Positions 21,007 to 30,742 of a stretch of DNA of 64,000 bases are shown piece by piece. Position numbers and translations under genes: made by a program. The notes under the pieces were generated by a model that saw only the letters and a list, made by a program, of their open reading frames with translations, was not told the DNA's origin and did not search any database. Within the stretch, counting starts at the first letter, position 1; every line of letters begins with the position of its first letter. Source of the stretch: Candidatus Levyibacteriota bacterium (GTDB lineage Bacteria; Patescibacteriota; Microgenomatia; Levybacterales; UBA12049); contig JACOXU010000001.1 in assembly GCA_016182185.1 (NCBI GenBank), positions 274,915 through 338,914 on the forward strand, in the 5' to 3' direction.

Positions 21007-21774
21007 TTAATTTTTTTTTGGGTTAATTTTAACTTTATTCTGAAACTCCCAAAGTCTTGCATAGGTAATAAAAATGCTAAAAGCCTGATAAATACTCTCA
21101 ATGATCCCTGCGGTGCCTGCTTTCCATCCGCTTTGTTTTATATAAGAATCTAAAAAGGCAGAAAGCATCACTCTGGGAAAACGCCACCATGTCATTTTGG
21201 GATGATTGTTGCTAAATTTAAGACCCGCCTCAATTTCCGACCAGCTTAATGTTTTTGTAACCATTGATGATAGGTCATGATGAGTAAAGTGGAGAAGAAA
21301 ACCCTCTAATTCTTTTATATCTCCATCAAAGATTGGACTCTCATGAAGCTTACCTTTCCATGATTTCAATTTTTTCCTTAAAAATAATCTTTCCATTTTT
21401 TCTATATAGGGCCATTCATGATTTCCAAAGTAAAAATTCTTTCTCTTGAATCTATAGGAAACAATGCCATTTCTAAAATTATTCACTGCCAAACTTATTT
21501 CTTCCCTAAGTTTTTCCGATACTCTTTCATCTGCATCAACATACAAAATCCACTCAAAAGATGCTTTTTCAAGACCAAAATTTCTAAGATCAGAGAAACT
21601 ATCTGATTTTAAACTGAAAACCTTAGCTCCCATCTTATGAGCTATTTCACAGGTTTTATCCTGAGAATTGTTGTCAACAATAATAATCTCGTCGCAGAAA
21701 GAAATTGACTCTATGCAATCTTTAATCTTCTCTTCTTCATTTTTGGTAATTACAACAGCAGATATCTTACTCAT
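21007..21774 (-). CDS. GT2 glycosyltransferase (WaaE/KdtX-like)
   Basis: ISAVVITKNEE, VDNNSQD, YVDADE, LHE. Start moved to ATG 21774 (MSKISAV). Confidence 0.85.
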   Translation of the reverse strand: MSKISAVVITKNEEEKIKDCIESISFCDEIIIVDNNSQDKTCEIAHKMGAKVFSLKSDSFSDLRNFGLEKASFEWILYVDADERVSEKLREEISLAVNNFRNGIVSYRFKRKNFYFGNHEWPYIEKMERLFLRKKLKSWKGKLHESPIFDGDIKELEGFLLHFTHHDLSSMVTKTLSWSEIEAGLKFSNNHPKMTWWRFPRVMLSAFLDSYIKQSGWKAGTAGIIESIYQAFSIFITYARLWEFQNKVKINPKKN

Positions 21775-22687
21775 ATTGAAAACTTCCTTTTCCAAATTTA
21801 CCCGAATAGAAATCTCTTACTCCCTTTTTTTGCCATTTTCTTCCTTTTGTCAAGAGTATAATACTTTCTTTCAAAAGAGCTAGTTTTGATCTATATGGAG
21901 CATATTTCATTCCAAACAGCAAACGATTTCGAGTCAAATAATAATCCTGAAGTTCTGAACCTGATCCACCCGCAGACCCGGCGTTCTTGTGCCATAAAAT
22001 TGCGCGAGGAGCATATATTGTTTTATAGCCCGTCTTTTTGCTTCTTTGACAAAAATCGGCATCTTCATAGTACAGAAAATATTTTTCATCAAATTTTCCA
22101 ATTTTTTCAATTAACTCTCTTTTTATCAACATACAAGCACCGCTTGCAAATTCGGTTTCTAAAATATGATTGTATTGTCCATTATCTACTTCATCAACAC
22201 CAGTATGTTTTCCTATAATATTGTTCCAATCAATTTGTCCTCCGGCATACCAAATCACTCTTCCTAATTCATCTTTTTTGTATCTGTCTTTATGAAATTC
22301 GAAACCCGGAAAAAAATAAATTTTTGGCGTAGCAATTCCTACTTTACTATTTTTCTCTAATTCTCTTAACAATTCTTGAACTAAATTTGAATCAACAATA
22401 GTGTCATTATTTAAAATCAATATATAATCTGCATCCTTTGAGAGTGCAAAATCTATTCCTACATTATGGCCCCCGGAAAACCCTAGATTTTGCTCATTTC
22501 TTATTATTTTAATTTGATTTTTAAATCGTAAATCACGAATAGTAAATTTTTCTTTTGAATTGTTATCAATCACAACTACATTCAATTTTGGGCCAGCTGA
22601 GTTAAGTTTCTCTATGGACTCTAAACAATCAATAGTATTTTGTCTTCCATTGAAATTAATCAGGGAGATAAAGATGTTTTTCATCAA
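21767..22687 (-). CDS. GT2 glycosyltransferase (WbbL/rhamnosyltransferase-like)
   Basis: 306 aa; NLGFSGGHN, ILNNDT, SGACML, YYEDADFC, RNR. Confidence 0.88.
   Translation of the reverse strand: MMKNIFISLINFNGRQNTIDCLESIEKLNSAGPKLNVVVIDNNSKEKFTIRDLRFKNQIKIIRNEQNLGFSGGHNVGIDFALSKDADYILILNNDTIVDSNLVQELLRELEKNSKVGIATPKIYFFPGFEFHKDRYKKDELGRVIWYAGGQIDWNNIIGKHTGVDEVDNGQYNHILETEFASGACMLIKRELIEKIGKFDEKYFLYYEDADFCQRSKKTGYKTIYAPRAILWHKNAGSAGGSGSELQDYYLTRNRLLFGMKYAPYRSKLALLKESIILLTKGRKWQKKGVRDFYSGKFGKGSFQYE
22517..22551. repeat. Degenerate heptamer array inside CDS
   Basis: ATTTTTA AATCGTA AATCACG AATAGTA AATTTTT; encodes KFTIRDLRFKN. Confidence 0.5.
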
Positions 22688-22688
22688 T

Positions 22689-23588
22689 TTATTTATTCAA
22701 AAAGCGGTAGATAATTTTTTTGATTGGACTTTTTGTTTGATTTATTTTTACCTCCAAAAACCAATGCTTAAACTCGATACCAAAATTCTTTAACTCTTTT
22801 TCTAATTCAGTTAATAAATTATTATCTGAGATATCTTTAAAACCGAGTTTTTGCCAAATATTTATAAATATAACTAAATGATAAAAAGCCATAAGTATAG
22901 ATAAGGCAATGCCATGTAAACCGTCTTTATATCCTTTTCTTGCAAAAAACCTGCTCAAAAATTCCTTAATCGGAAATCTTATTATATCTTGCCATTTTAA
23001 TTCGTACCCATTCTTAATAAGTTGAGTTGCTTCATTTTCTGTATAAATAATTAATTTTTGCAAAAACTGGGTAATAGTTTCATAATTTCTATGAATCATT
23101 GGGTTTTTAAGATATTCAGACTTTCCCTCAAGCTTTATCATCTCATGAACATGTTTCTCCTCAAATTTCCCTTTATTTCTTCTAAATAATCTTAATTGAT
23201 GATCAGGGTACCAACCGGTATGTTCAATCCATTTCCCGAAAATTATGTTTTTTCGAGGAACCCAATAACCATTTATTTTGGCATTCGATGCTTTAAGCGT
23301 GGATTTAATTTCACCAACTAAATCATCTGAAATTTCTTCATCAGCATCTAATGACAGTATCCAATCACCGGTTGCCTTTGTGAAACCGAAGTTTTTATTT
23401 ACATTAAGCATCGGATTATTGGGTCTTTTAAAAATTTTAGAAGTAAATTTTTGGGCAATTTCTACTGTTCTATCAGCGGACATATTATCTACCAGGATAA
23501 TCTCATCGGCAAACCTAACTGATTCAAGACAATCTTTAATCTTACTTTCTTCATTAAACGCTGAAATTACTACAGAAAGTTTTGTCAT
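22689..23588 (-). CDS. GT2 glycosyltransferase (WaaE/KdtX-like)
   Basis: 299 aa; LSVVISAFNEE, SLDADE, WYPDHQLRLFR, VHE. Confidence 0.88.
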   Translation of the reverse strand: MTKLSVVISAFNEESKIKDCLESVRFADEIILVDNMSADRTVEIAQKFTSKIFKRPNNPMLNVNKNFGFTKATGDWILSLDADEEISDDLVGEIKSTLKASNAKINGYWVPRKNIIFGKWIEHTGWYPDHQLRLFRRNKGKFEEKHVHEMIKLEGKSEYLKNPMIHRNYETITQFLQKLIIYTENEATQLIKNGYELKWQDIIRFPIKEFLSRFFARKGYKDGLHGIALSILMAFYHLVIFINIWQKLGFKDISDNNLLTELEKELKNFGIEFKHWFLEVKINQTKSPIKKIIYRFLNK

Positions 23589-23593
23589 ATAAT

Positions 23594-25045
23594 TTATGTT
23601 AAGTTTTCTTTTATTAGATTTATATCTGCTATCAATTCTTTCTTTGCAATTAAGAATATTAATCCAAAATATAGTATAGCACCCATCATGATCATTATCA
23701 GTAAAGTTACAATATTCCTTACTATCAATGGGCTAAGAAAATAAATAACAACACCCATTACCAATGTGCAGAATGCAGGATATTTAATTATTGTGAAGAT
23801 GTTGAAATCTATGTGTTTTTTTGCTAAATAAACAACTACTCCTAGTGAAAGAGCAATAAAAGCTGATGCTGCTGATACACCATTGAAACCAAAAATAACT
23901 ATAGCTATGGGGGTCAATATCCAGGTTGCAATAGTCCAAAAAACCATCAAATATAATGTAATTTTAATTTTTCCTATCGCGTTTAAAGCGTTTGTCAATG
24001 GCGTTGAGATTGATGACAAGACTGCGTTTAAAGAGAAAAGAGATAAGGATATTAATGCGGGTTCCCATTTTGTATATTTAGGAATAATCTTAACAAAATA
24101 AGGAAATAAAACTATAAGCCCCATGAGAGAAGGGAAAATTAAAAAGCTGGAAGCAAAAATTGATTTCTCTAGTGCCTTACTAAGAATATTTTTATCATGC
24201 TGAAGTCTTGAAAAAGACGGAAATGTTATACGTATTACGTTATCCATTATCAAGCGCAGTGGAGTAAATGCCCATTTTTGGGCAAAACCTATGTAGCCTA
24301 CCTGAGCAATGGGTAGAACTTTTCCAAGATATGCTATCAAAAGATCATCCTTAATAAGAGCCAGAAAACTATTCATCTGAAAAGGGACTCCAAATGATAA
24401 AAGTTTCGAGGCTGATTTTTTTGAAAATCCAAATCTTATTCTCCAGGGACTAATGATATAGATTGTTATAAGTCCCGATAGTCCCCTTGCCAAAACTGCC
24501 AAGGAAAAACTGGTCACCCCGAACCCATTTATAGCAAGCAGAACTACAATAACGTTAAAAAAAATGTTTTCTACTATTTGAGGGACAACTAATTTTTCAA
24601 AATTTAAGTTTCTTTCAAGAATAATCGAAGGAATTGTCTTAAGCGAAGAAAGAAAAAAAGAAACAATCAACGCCTGAAATAAAAACACTCCATCATTCCC
24701 CAGATTATAAAAAGACTTAATAAAATTAGAAGAAAGTAATGCAATCACGACAAGAGTTGCAACAAGAATTTGCTGGATTGTAAACGTTGTTGAGAGATCC
24801 TCATCCGTTATTGCTTCTTTCTTTTGAATTAATGCTGCGGCAAGTCCAATATCTGAAAAGTATGAAAGAAAGGCAATTGCGGCAGAAACTACAAAAAATA
24901 CACCAAAAACAGACGGGGAAAGAAAAATTGTAAGAAGAAAGTTTGCACCAAATCCCAAAATTTGTATTGCAAAAGTACGATAAACCAAGGCAAAAATTCC
25001 ACGAACTGATCTTTTTGTGATTAGAGCAAGATCAACTTCTTCCAT
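23594..25045 (-). CDS. wzx: Wzx/MOP-superfamily oligosaccharide flippase
   Basis: 483 aa, about 12-14 TM; LSPSVFG, DIGLAAALIQ, FPSFSRLQ. Confidence 0.85.
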   Translation of the reverse strand: MEEVDLALITKRSVRGIFALVYRTFAIQILGFGANFLLTIFLSPSVFGVFFVVSAAIAFLSYFSDIGLAAALIQKKEAITDEDLSTTFTIQQILVATLVVIALLSSNFIKSFYNLGNDGVFLFQALIVSFFLSSLKTIPSIILERNLNFEKLVVPQIVENIFFNVIVVLLAINGFGVTSFSLAVLARGLSGLITIYIISPWRIRFGFSKKSASKLLSFGVPFQMNSFLALIKDDLLIAYLGKVLPIAQVGYIGFAQKWAFTPLRLIMDNVIRITFPSFSRLQHDKNILSKALEKSIFASSFLIFPSLMGLIVLFPYFVKIIPKYTKWEPALISLSLFSLNAVLSSISTPLTNALNAIGKIKITLYLMVFWTIATWILTPIAIVIFGFNGVSAASAFIALSLGVVVYLAKKHIDFNIFTIIKYPAFCTLVMGVVIYFLSPLIVRNIVTLLIMIMMGAILYFGLIFLIAKKELIADINLIKENLT

Positions 25046-25745
25046 AATTCAGATCTTTCCATAAAATAAAACTCTCTTTTATTGCTCGCAAAATTACTCT
25101 TAGATTCCCTCCGCTTTGATCTCCATAAATTCTAGGATAGTGAGATACATTCACCTGACTTATTTTAAGTTTTTCTTTTTTGGCCTTGGCTAATATCTCT
25201 GTCGTAATCATTGCGCCCTCTGATCTTAGAGGGGTAATTCTTTCAAGTGCCTGTTTTTTAAACATTTTAAATCCGCAATCAATATCTCTGAAAACGAAAC
25301 CAAAAAATACGAAATCCCAAATCTTGAGTAGATTCATTAAGATATGTCTAATAGGATGATCGTGTCTTTTCTGCCTGTAGCCAATTACTATATCCGAGTT
25401 TTTAATTTTAGGAAAAAATCTTGAAACTTGGGAAAAATCAAATTGACCGTCACCGTCCGTAAATACAACCAGGTTATATTTTGCTGCCTCAAAACCTGAC
25501 CTGAGTGAGGCACCGTAGCCACGATTTATTTTATGAGCAACGACCTTAAGATTAGAGTCTTTTCCTGCAATGCTTGTGGCAATTTTTAAAGTATCATCAG
25601 ATGAACCGTCATCCACCATGATTATCTCCCAATCCTGAGCACTTTTTTTTGCAACTCTAATTGCACTGTCAACAACCTTTTCAATATTTTTTTCTTCGTT
25701 CCAAAAAGGGAAAAAAATAGAAAGTTCAGCGATTTTTTTGTCCAT
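25032..25745 (-). CDS. GT2, polyprenol-phosphate glycosyltransferase (DPM1/GtrB-like)
   Basis: 237 aa; FPFWNEE, VDDGSSD, GYGASLR, TDGDGQFD, RDIDCGFK. Confidence 0.88.
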   Translation of the reverse strand: MDKKIAELSIFFPFWNEEKNIEKVVDSAIRVAKKSAQDWEIIMVDDGSSDDTLKIATSIAGKDSNLKVVAHKINRGYGASLRSGFEAAKYNLVVFTDGDGQFDFSQVSRFFPKIKNSDIVIGYRQKRHDHPIRHILMNLLKIWDFVFFGFVFRDIDCGFKMFKKQALERITPLRSEGAMITTEILAKAKKEKLKISQVNVSHYPRIYGDQSGGNLRVILRAIKESFILWKDLNYGRS

Positions 25746-27459
25746 AGACTATTTTTCTAGTAGAAAAGATTATACCAATAATAAATACAAATAAGCCAGT
25801 AAGTGAGAGGGCATTGGCGAATTTCTCAATAGACGTTTGAACAAATTCTGCATACAATTCATGCCTTCCCGGCTCAATTATCAGGCTTATTCCATTCTCT
25901 AAAATGCTGGGTGTTGTTTTTTTACCATCTATGTAAAATTGCCACGCAGGAAAATAAGCTATATTTAATTGTATTTCTGATCGCTTTGAAATATCAAAAA
26001 AATAGCGAAGAGTTTTCGAATTTTCTAATTCAAAAAGTGTTCTTCCCTCATCCTCCTTAATTTCAATGATTTTACTGGGAATATCTTCTCTATTCCTAGG
26101 TTTGTTAAAGCCTTTTGGCATGTATTCATCTGAAATCTTTGATATTCTCCATCTTAAATTACTAGGACTTGTATAATCTTTTTCTGTTTTAAACTCTGTT
26201 GTTTGGGGATTAAAGAGTTTTGCATTAAAGAAGATAAGAGAAAATAACAAAATAGATACAACGAGAGGTATAATAAATTTGTTGGTCTTAAGCGTTTTGA
26301 GCTTTTTTTCCGTAAACCATAGAAAAAATCCTGTAAGAACTGCTGAAAAGAACGAAGTCAACAAAAGAAATCTCCACGGATACTGAAAAAATGCCATAAG
26401 AGGAATCTGTTCCCAAATAGGCTTTGAAATCTCAAGCATCAAAAAAATTGATAATAGTATTCCGGCTGTAGAAAAAAATGTAAATAATATCGTATTTTTG
26501 TACTTATCATTGTCAAATTTTGTTTTTAATACAAGCCATATTAAGCTTAAAAAGCCAAGAAGAGACAGTAGTAAATGCATCTTGCCAATCTTAAATGATA
26601 ATCCGTCTATGCAACCGGGTGCTGACCCTCCAAAGCCCCAGGGACTTTGCCAAAGCTGCTCAACACAAACAAAGTGATCTCGAAAATCCGCTCCTCCTCC
26701 AATTTGAGAAATTACATTTGTATATTTCATCTCAAAAAGTGCAGGAATCCAGTAAAATGCAGAAATCATTAAGCCTAGAACTATAGCAATTAGCGGATTG
26801 ATGAAAGTATTTATTCTTTTTTCTCTATAATAATTTAAAAAATAAAATAATATGAAAACCAATATGAAAGGCGTGATCATCATTGCGGTTAAGTTATGTG
26901 AAAGAATGACCCCTGCGTAACTTATTGCACCAATTGCGATATATTTCCATTTTTTTTCAAAAGCACTCCTCAAGAGTCCATAAAAAACAAGTGGAATAAA
27001 AGTATATGCCCAGGATTCTGAAATATCCCCTCTAATATAAATGTCTAAGGCGTGGAATGGGGCATACATATAAAAAAGAGCTGATGTGACACCTGCAATT
27101 TTCCCAAATAGGTAAGATGTTAATATATACATAAAAATTCCAGAAAGGATAATTCCTAAGCCCATTATAATTTTTGTTGAAATTAAAGCATCAAAACCAA
27201 AAATATTTATAATTGACCCTGCATAATATGTAAGGGGTGCATAGAAATTAAAAATCGGATAACCGTATCCGTATCCAAGATCAGGAACCCATCTGACCGG
27301 AAACTGTCCATCTAGAAGAGCCAGTTTCATTTCAAATACCCTTGCCACTTGAGTATCATCGTGTATGGGAAAGAATCCGGGATTAAAAAGAGGTTTTATT
27401 GTCAAAAAAGAAAGTATAATAACAAACAGAAAAGGTGCAATTTTTTTAAAAAAAATCAT
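25726..27459 (-). CDS. GT-C membrane protein, 'PTPS-related' family
   Basis: 577 aa; IHDD.QVAR, GQFPVRWVPDLGYGYGYP, QYPWRF, YFPAW. Confidence 0.8.
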   Translation of the reverse strand: MIFFKKIAPFLFVIILSFLTIKPLFNPGFFPIHDDTQVARVFEMKLALLDGQFPVRWVPDLGYGYGYPIFNFYAPLTYYAGSIINIFGFDALISTKIIMGLGIILSGIFMYILTSYLFGKIAGVTSALFYMYAPFHALDIYIRGDISESWAYTFIPLVFYGLLRSAFEKKWKYIAIGAISYAGVILSHNLTAMMITPFILVFILFYFLNYYREKRINTFINPLIAIVLGLMISAFYWIPALFEMKYTNVISQIGGGADFRDHFVCVEQLWQSPWGFGGSAPGCIDGLSFKIGKMHLLLSLLGFLSLIWLVLKTKFDNDKYKNTILFTFFSTAGILLSIFLMLEISKPIWEQIPLMAFFQYPWRFLLLTSFFSAVLTGFFLWFTEKKLKTLKTNKFIIPLVVSILLFSLIFFNAKLFNPQTTEFKTEKDYTSPSNLRWRISKISDEYMPKGFNKPRNREDIPSKIIEIKEDEGRTLFELENSKTLRYFFDISKRSEIQLNIAYFPAWQFYIDGKKTTPSILENGISLIIEPGRHELYAEFVQTSIEKFANALSLTGLFVFIIGIIFSTRKIVYGQKNR

Positions 27460-29009
27460 AACTTTATTAAATATTTCTTTTTACTAATTAGAAGAAAAAT
27501 AATAAATAGTAAACTGATAATAGAAATTACATCACTTAAAAACCTAATTCTAGTTTCGGAAAATTTAACTTCAACGTGATGATTGCCCGACGAAACATTA
27601 AATCTGATCAATCCATTCTCATCATAAATAATTGGTACGGACCTTCTGTTTATTTCCAACATCCATCCCGGAAAATAAACTGTGTTTATCTGAATTTGAC
27701 TTTCCTTATTTGAAAAAAAATTAAAAATAAATTTATTTCCGTTTGTTGAAAAATTACTTATTTCCCCTTCCCCGCTTATTATTTCTATCTTTTTTTCAGG
27801 CATCTTAGCAGGAACCTGTCTGATCCATCTTGGCATATATTCATTTTTAACAGTTGTGGTATCTTGATTGGTAGAATAATAAGAATCGGGATAATTCTCG
27901 AAATTTTGAGGTTTCAAAAAATCCTTTGCAGAAAAAAATATTGCTAGAAGGTATATAATCCCAATTATTATCTTTGCTTTATTTTTAAAATGACTCAGTT
28001 GCGATGCGGAAAGAAATGCAATGCTTAAGGTAATTAAAGATAAAAACCTAAAAGGAAATTGAATTAGAGCAACAAATGGTAAATTTCTCCACAAAAATTC
28101 ACTAAATGGAATTATTAAAAATAAAGATACAACAGTTATTGATAGAAAATAAATATCAACCTTATTTCTTCTTTTATAAAAAGGGGTAAGGCTAAGTACT
28201 AATACTAAAATAAAAATAAATCCGAGTAGATTATAATTACTCAAAGACACAAAATAATCTGAATAATTTGAAACGCTTACAGAATCAAATATTGTAAATT
28301 GTTTATCATATATGGCTGGGATCCAAAAGAATGCACCAAGACCCAATCCAAGAATTAAAGGGGATAGTATCTTTAAAAAAACTTTTTTATTAATTTTTGG
28401 GCTTGAGAGAATATGATATAAAAAAATTATAGGTAAAAATAATAACGCAAGTGAATTATGCGAGGTTATCAAAAGCCCATATCCAATTCCGGCTAGTATT
28501 AAATTTTGTTTTTCTATCGACCATAAAATAAAAGGAACAATTGCAAGTGCAAGCACTTCTCCAACTGATCCTCTTTTATACACATCCCACAGGTGGTATG
28601 GAAAATATAAATATAAAAGCGATCCCACAAAAGATGCAAAATAATCAAATCTCTTTCTCAACCACAAAAAACAGAAAACAGCTGAGAATATTAAACTAGT
28701 GCCTAATATTACTTTTATCGTATCAACGAAACTTGCACCCAAAATATGAATCGGTACGCCAATATACATGAAGAGAGGGTAAAGGAAATTCGAGACTGGA
28801 TAACCATATCCGTTGTTGAGGCGCGAAAGAAAACGCACAGGGAACTGACCATTCCTCAACGATTCATAAAATGCTGAAAATCGTATAACCATCCAGTTTC
28901 CGTCATCACTCTGAAAATATCCCGGTTGAAAAAGATAAAATATTGCAGGAATTGAAAATAAGATTAGTAAAATTATTGAAATTTTTTTGAAAATATTTAA
29001 ATATTTCAT
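27456..29009 (-). CDS. GT-C membrane protein, 'PTPS-related' family
   Basis: 517 aa; SDDG, GQFPVRF...NGYGYP, QFPFRF, YFPGW. Confidence 0.8.
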   Translation of the reverse strand: MKYLNIFKKISIILLILFSIPAIFYLFQPGYFQSDDGNWMVIRFSAFYESLRNGQFPVRFLSRLNNGYGYPVSNFLYPLFMYIGVPIHILGASFVDTIKVILGTSLIFSAVFCFLWLRKRFDYFASFVGSLLYLYFPYHLWDVYKRGSVGEVLALAIVPFILWSIEKQNLILAGIGYGLLITSHNSLALLFLPIIFLYHILSSPKINKKVFLKILSPLILGLGLGAFFWIPAIYDKQFTIFDSVSVSNYSDYFVSLSNYNLLGFIFILVLVLSLTPFYKRRNKVDIYFLSITVVSLFLIIPFSEFLWRNLPFVALIQFPFRFLSLITLSIAFLSASQLSHFKNKAKIIIGIIYLLAIFFSAKDFLKPQNFENYPDSYYSTNQDTTTVKNEYMPRWIRQVPAKMPEKKIEIISGEGEISNFSTNGNKFIFNFFSNKESQIQINTVYFPGWMLEINRRSVPIIYDENGLIRFNVSSGNHHVEVKFSETRIRFLSDVISIISLLFIIFLLISKKKYLIKL

Positions 29010-29011
29010 AA

Positions 29012-30742
29012 TTATTCTCCTGATTTAATTAAAACATAAGCATTTTCCTCTACCGGGTACTGGATGATTTTTTGTTTCAAGGAAAAAACTACCGGTCGGC
29101 TTGGGAAATTAAAAACTTCAACTGTTGAGACTTCCTTCGGCTTTCTATTTTCTGAAGTTATGATCAATGTCCTTTGGAGGCTCAGATCTTTTCCCCAATC
29201 AATATCTCTGAATTCATATTTACCAAACGACTTGACTTCGCTGAAACCCTCTGAATCATCAGGAAGACGTTCTGTTGTTTTCTGAAATTCCCAAGGAGAA
29301 TAAGGTATATAAAAAAGAAGTGAAGTATAAATAAAACCTGCATATTTATCGAAAATAATTTTTTCATATTCTGTCTCATGTTCTTTAATAAAAAGGGCTA
29401 CTTTCTTATCTTCTGATCTCCATGCTTTTGCATAAATTACTGGAAACCGAATATAGTAAGATGTAAAGTAAAATATTAGATTGTAGATGATGATAGACCC
29501 AATAACAACAAATAGAGCAACCTTTAATTTGTAATTTTTAATATCATTAAGCCATTTGGTAAAAAAGATAAACCCATAAGCTGAGAAAATTACAAATGGT
29601 GCAATAAGAAAAAAACTGCGCGTTGCGTGAGGTGATTCGCGCGTTAAAGCTGCAACCAGAATTGTTAAAACTGACCAACCAAACAAAAGAAAACCCCATC
29701 GGTATTTTTTATTAAATATTTCAATAGCACCCAAAGATATAAAAAGAATTTCAATTAAATAGAATTGTCCAACGTTCCCAATACCATGATTTCCATGTGT
29801 TGATCCAGTAATAAAGAAGAAAGAAGAAGAGAGATACGAAGCAATATTTTCAATATATTTCCAAAGAGTTAATAATTTTAAATTGAAAAATATTTTTGTA
29901 AATAAACTCGATAAATCAACAAGATAAGCTCTAAACTCTAAAAGATTTGCCTGTATTTGGGCGCTTGTAGTAATAAGCGTTCCGCTTGAGGAAGAAATTC
30001 CTCCGCCTGAAAAAAATGTTTTTAAGAATGGCACGAGAAAGATAAAAGATATTATAAATGTCGATATTATTTCGATTTTTTTTATGTTGCCCATTTGTTT
30101 CTTGTAAGTCATTACGAACAACAAATAGAGTGCAGGGGCCAGTAATCTTGTCAAATTATAAGAATAAAAAGATATGATAAAGCATATTGTACCCATTAAA
30201 AACGCACCTTTACTTCTTTTATTAAAAGATTTCAATAGCAGGAGTCCGCCAACTATAAATAAAAATAGCGAGATGCTAACCTCAAAAGTTGCCCTGCTGT
30301 AATGCAGATGCCAGGGATTTATAGCCAGTATAAAAGAACTTATTAGAGCAAAATAATTTGTATCTATCTCCTTTCCTCTTATTGTTAATCTTTTTTCGTT
30401 TATTAATTCTTTTATAAAAAAATAGAACATAATTACTGTCAGAAATCCAAAAAATGCAGAGGGGAAGCGAACTGCAAATTCAGTCAACCCAAAAATTTTT
30501 ATAGATAAAACTGTTGAATAAATATAAACAGGGAGCTTCCAATCACCAAATGATTTAAAGTAAAGAGGCATAAACTTACCATATTCATCTCTTCCAGTCT
30601 CGAGTATCGAATAGGCATTATAACCAATGGCTGATTCATCTTGATAAAATCCGTATGGAATTTCACCTAGTTTATAGAATCTTAAAAAAAAGGAAGTAAA
30701 AATGATCAAAGTAAAAAGTATAATTTCAATCTTTCTATTCAT
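29012..30742 (-). CDS. ArnT/PMT-like GT-C membrane glycosyltransferase
   Basis: 576 aa; QDESAIGYNAYSILETGRDEYG, SFGDWK, INPWH..SRATFE. Confidence 0.88.
   Translation of the reverse strand: MNRKIEIILFTLIIFTSFFLRFYKLGEIPYGFYQDESAIGYNAYSILETGRDEYGKFMPLYFKSFGDWKLPVYIYSTVLSIKIFGLTEFAVRFPSAFFGFLTVIMFYFFIKELINEKRLTIRGKEIDTNYFALISSFILAINPWHLHYSRATFEVSISLFLFIVGGLLLLKSFNKRSKGAFLMGTICFIISFYSYNLTRLLAPALYLLFVMTYKKQMGNIKKIEIISTFIISFIFLVPFLKTFFSGGGISSSSGTLITTSAQIQANLLEFRAYLVDLSSLFTKIFFNLKLLTLWKYIENIASYLSSSFFFITGSTHGNHGIGNVGQFYLIEILFISLGAIEIFNKKYRWGFLLFGWSVLTILVAALTRESPHATRSFFLIAPFVIFSAYGFIFFTKWLNDIKNYKLKVALFVVIGSIIIYNLIFYFTSYYIRFPVIYAKAWRSEDKKVALFIKEHETEYEKIIFDKYAGFIYTSLLFYIPYSPWEFQKTTERLPDDSEGFSEVKSFGKYEFRDIDWGKDLSLQRTLIITSENRKPKEVSTVEVFNFPSRPVVFSLKQKIIQYPVEENAYVLIKSGE

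Noticed and set aside
20250-30400. Possible additional heptamer arrays near 20250-20285, 20983-21003 and 30361-30400
   Set aside because: Too degenerate or too short to separate from AT-rich background by eye.
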